Source of the DNA: Thermodesulfobacteriota bacterium
Lineage (GTDB): Bacteria > Desulfobacterota > Desulfarculia > JACQYL01
DNA: 64,000 bases
NCBI GenBank assembly: GCA_963675595.2
Contig: CAXXLZ010000001.1
Span: forward strand, 704,001 to 768,000
Direction: 5' to 3'
The position numbers and the translations under genes are program-made. Shown here piece by piece: positions 62,029 to 64,000 of the stretch; the first letter of the stretch is position 1; each line of letters begins with the position of its first letter. A model generated the notes under the pieces. The model saw only the letters and a program-made list of their open reading frames with translations, made no database searches and was not told the origin of the DNA.

Positions 62029-63057
62029 CTACGGCAGGAGATCGGGTCGGAGCCAATCCTTCACATGGGGCGCCCGATCGATTTGCCCGTGTTTTTCGAG
62101 AAACGACGCCAACTGCTGCAGCCCCCCGGCGAAGGCTCCGGGATTCACCAGCATGCGTTGTTGTTTCTTAAGGTCGTTCCATTTCACATCCTTCAGCACG
62201 GCCGCTTGGTCCTCCAAATTCAGGCCCGTCAGGTCGACCAGCAGAGCGGCGCTTTCCTCAGGATCGGAAATCAGAAAATCCACGCTCTGGAAATAGGCTT
62301 CAAGAAAGGCTTTTGTCGTTTCCGGGCGGCGTTCCGGCATCTTTTTGCTTACCACGAGCAAGTCCGGGCCGGGACCGATCTCGTGTGATCGGTAAAGGCT
62401 GAACGCGGTGTCGTCCATGAGCGTGTGGGCGCCCTCCACGGCCAACAGCCGATTGAAGAAGGGGGTCCAAACGCCGCATGCGTCCACTTCGCCGGAACGG
62501 AAGGCCGCCGGCATTTCGGACACCTTCAGGTTGATGAGGCTCACGTCCCGTCCGGGGTCCAACCCCTCGCTTTCAAGGGCGTCCAGCACCAGTACATGGG
62601 AGCTGGATGCAAAGGTCACGGCGATTTTCTTTCCTTTGAGGTCCCGAATGTCGGAAATATCCTTGGTTGCGATGATTCCCTCCACCGTGGCGTACGAATC
62701 CTGGGTGGCGACGACATAAAAGGAATGAACGCCGTAAGCCATAAGGGCAAGGGCGGAAATGGACCCCGTGGAGGCGAAGTCCAGGTCCCCGGCCAACAGA
62801 GAGCCCATGCGCGCCGATGACGCGTGAAACTGCTTGAAGGAGATGTCCAGTCCCTTTTGTTCGAAATAGCCCTTCTTCATGCCCACCCAGACCGGATAGT
62901 GGCCCAGCCAAGTGGAGCCGCCGTAAACCACGGTCTCCTTTTTCGGTGATTCGGCGACGGAGAGTGAAGGTCCGAAGGCTGCGAACAGGACCAGGAGCGT
63001 GCAACAGAGTGAAACGATGCAACGGCCCGGGTGGGGGTGGGGCGTTTTCAAAGTCAT
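62029..63057 (-). CDS. NitT/TauT (SsuA/NMT1-like) ABC substrate-binding protein
   Basis: Signal peptide, KGYFEQKGLD, DLKGKKIAV, GEVDA...W.P. Confidence 0.88.
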   Translation of the reverse strand: MTLKTPHPHPGRCIVSLCCTLLVLFAAFGPSLSVAESPKKETVVYGGSTWLGHYPVWVGMKKGYFEQKGLDISFKQFHASSARMGSLLAGDLDFASTGSISALALMAYGVHSFYVVATQDSYATVEGIIATKDISDIRDLKGKKIAVTFASSSHVLVLDALESEGLDPGRDVSLINLKVSEMPAAFRSGEVDACGVWTPFFNRLLAVEGAHTLMDDTAFSLYRSHEIGPGPDLLVVSKKMPERRPETTKAFLEAYFQSVDFLISDPEESAALLVDLTGLNLEDQAAVLKDVKWNDLKKQQRMLVNPGAFAGGLQQLASFLEKHGQIDRAPHVKDWLRPDLLP

Positions 63058-63805
63058 GAAAAATCCTTACCGGAATGCGGCCGGGACGCCGATTTGAGGG
63101 GCGCCCGGATGAAAATGCGCTTTTAATCCGTACCTATTCACGGGGCGTGCCGCAGGGGGACACCGTCCCCCTGCACCTCCTGCCGGGGGACCAATGGCCC
63201 CCCCCGGACCCCCATTGCACTTTTGCAAATCTCGTACGCCATTCGCAAAACGAGCGGATACCCCTCCGAATGCTCACTCTGATCTTTTCCCGGAATTATC
63301 ACAGATGGTCATTCGCGTCCACGCTTTTGGAAATCGGTTCCGGTACGCTCAAAGAGTTGCCTCGAGTGTGTGGCGACGATTGAAGGAATCTTGGGTTTTA
63401 CTGGAGGCGTGAAGCAGGATGTTGGACGCCTACCATTTCCTGTTCACCCGGTTCCGTCCGCTTCTCGAAACCGGAACGGGAAAGCGCCGCCGCGGATTTA
63501 ACCCATGCCGGCATCGAAATTCATGCGGGACGTGAAGGAATACCGAGGAGGTGCCGCCGGCCATCCCCTGTCGGAAGAGGATCGGCTATTTGGGCTCCGA
63601 TTTTGCTATTGAGACACAGTATGGTTTCCGACTAAATGTATTGAAGGAGAATCGAAACTGCAACAGGATCGAGACGTGGAGTGGAAGCGGATCTGCGCGG
63701 GCCGCCCGTTCGGGCAAGGAGTTCCGGAAGCGATCATCCTAACGTTTTAAGGAAATGCGGACCGGTGGCTGTAGAAGGGGACACCGCACAGGGGAGGAGG
63801 ACGTC

Positions 63806-64000
63806 TTGAAAGAGTGGGCAATCATTTTGATCGCAGCGATTTTGTTCATACCCGCATTGCAGGGGTCCGTCCTTGCAGATCGGCGAGACTTGACCGTGAC
63901 GCCGGAGGAGGTGGGTTTGTCATCTGAGCGCTTGGCCAACGTGGAAAGGCTGATGAACCGGCACATTGAAGAGAAGAAACTGGCCGGCGGCGTGGTCTTG
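63806..64000 (+). CDS. Serine hydrolase / class C beta-lactamase-like protein, N-terminus (runs off the window)
   Basis: GGAGGAGG RBS and TTG start; signal peptide, then TPEEVGLSSERLA...KKLAGGVVL, a typical family N-terminus. Confidence 0.7.
   Translation, partial: MKEWAIILIAAILFIPALQGSVLADRRDLTVTPEEVGLSSERLANVERLMNRHIEEKKLAGGVVL

Noticed and set aside
63140-63215. Riboswitch upstream of the NitT/TauT ABC operon
   Set aside because: Only a GCAGGGGGAC/GTCCCCCTGC REP-like hairpin; no TPP, guanidine or SAM consensus visible.

Overview
Chromosomal window of a GC-rich anaerobe, most likely a Desulfobacterota/deltaproteobacterium (inferred from gene content). Housekeeping genes: bamD, trxA, ligA, mutY, rpmB, rel, proS, ispG, nifUS, comF. 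Anaerobic energy and C1 genes: Ni-CODH cooS behind a Fur/PerR-type regulator, an orphan HoxEFU/NuoEFG-like diaphorase, a RACo/ASKHA corrinoid activator and an RnfB-flavoprotein fusion. I found no CRISPR array, integrase or transposase. Five highlights: (1) two consecutive in-frame ORFs at 53939-55300 read as one secreted monoheme-c, triple-rhodanese selenoprotein (UGA in CGGFRU plus a SECIS-like hairpin), just upstream of nifUS. (2) A complete, functionally uncharacterised GAK-system operon at 2053-9554 with a PHP-like gene. (3) An unannotated sigma54-driven small RNA candidate of about 65 nt at 41484-41549, with an anti-Shine-Dalgarno seed complementary to the RBS of a sigma54-promoted porin in the same window. 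(4) A tRNA-Asp 3'-half att-like scar at 689-735. (5) Small ORFs missed by the track (a bS22-like ribosomal protein and a 28-aa membrane peptide). All family calls come from motif recognition by eye, not database searches.
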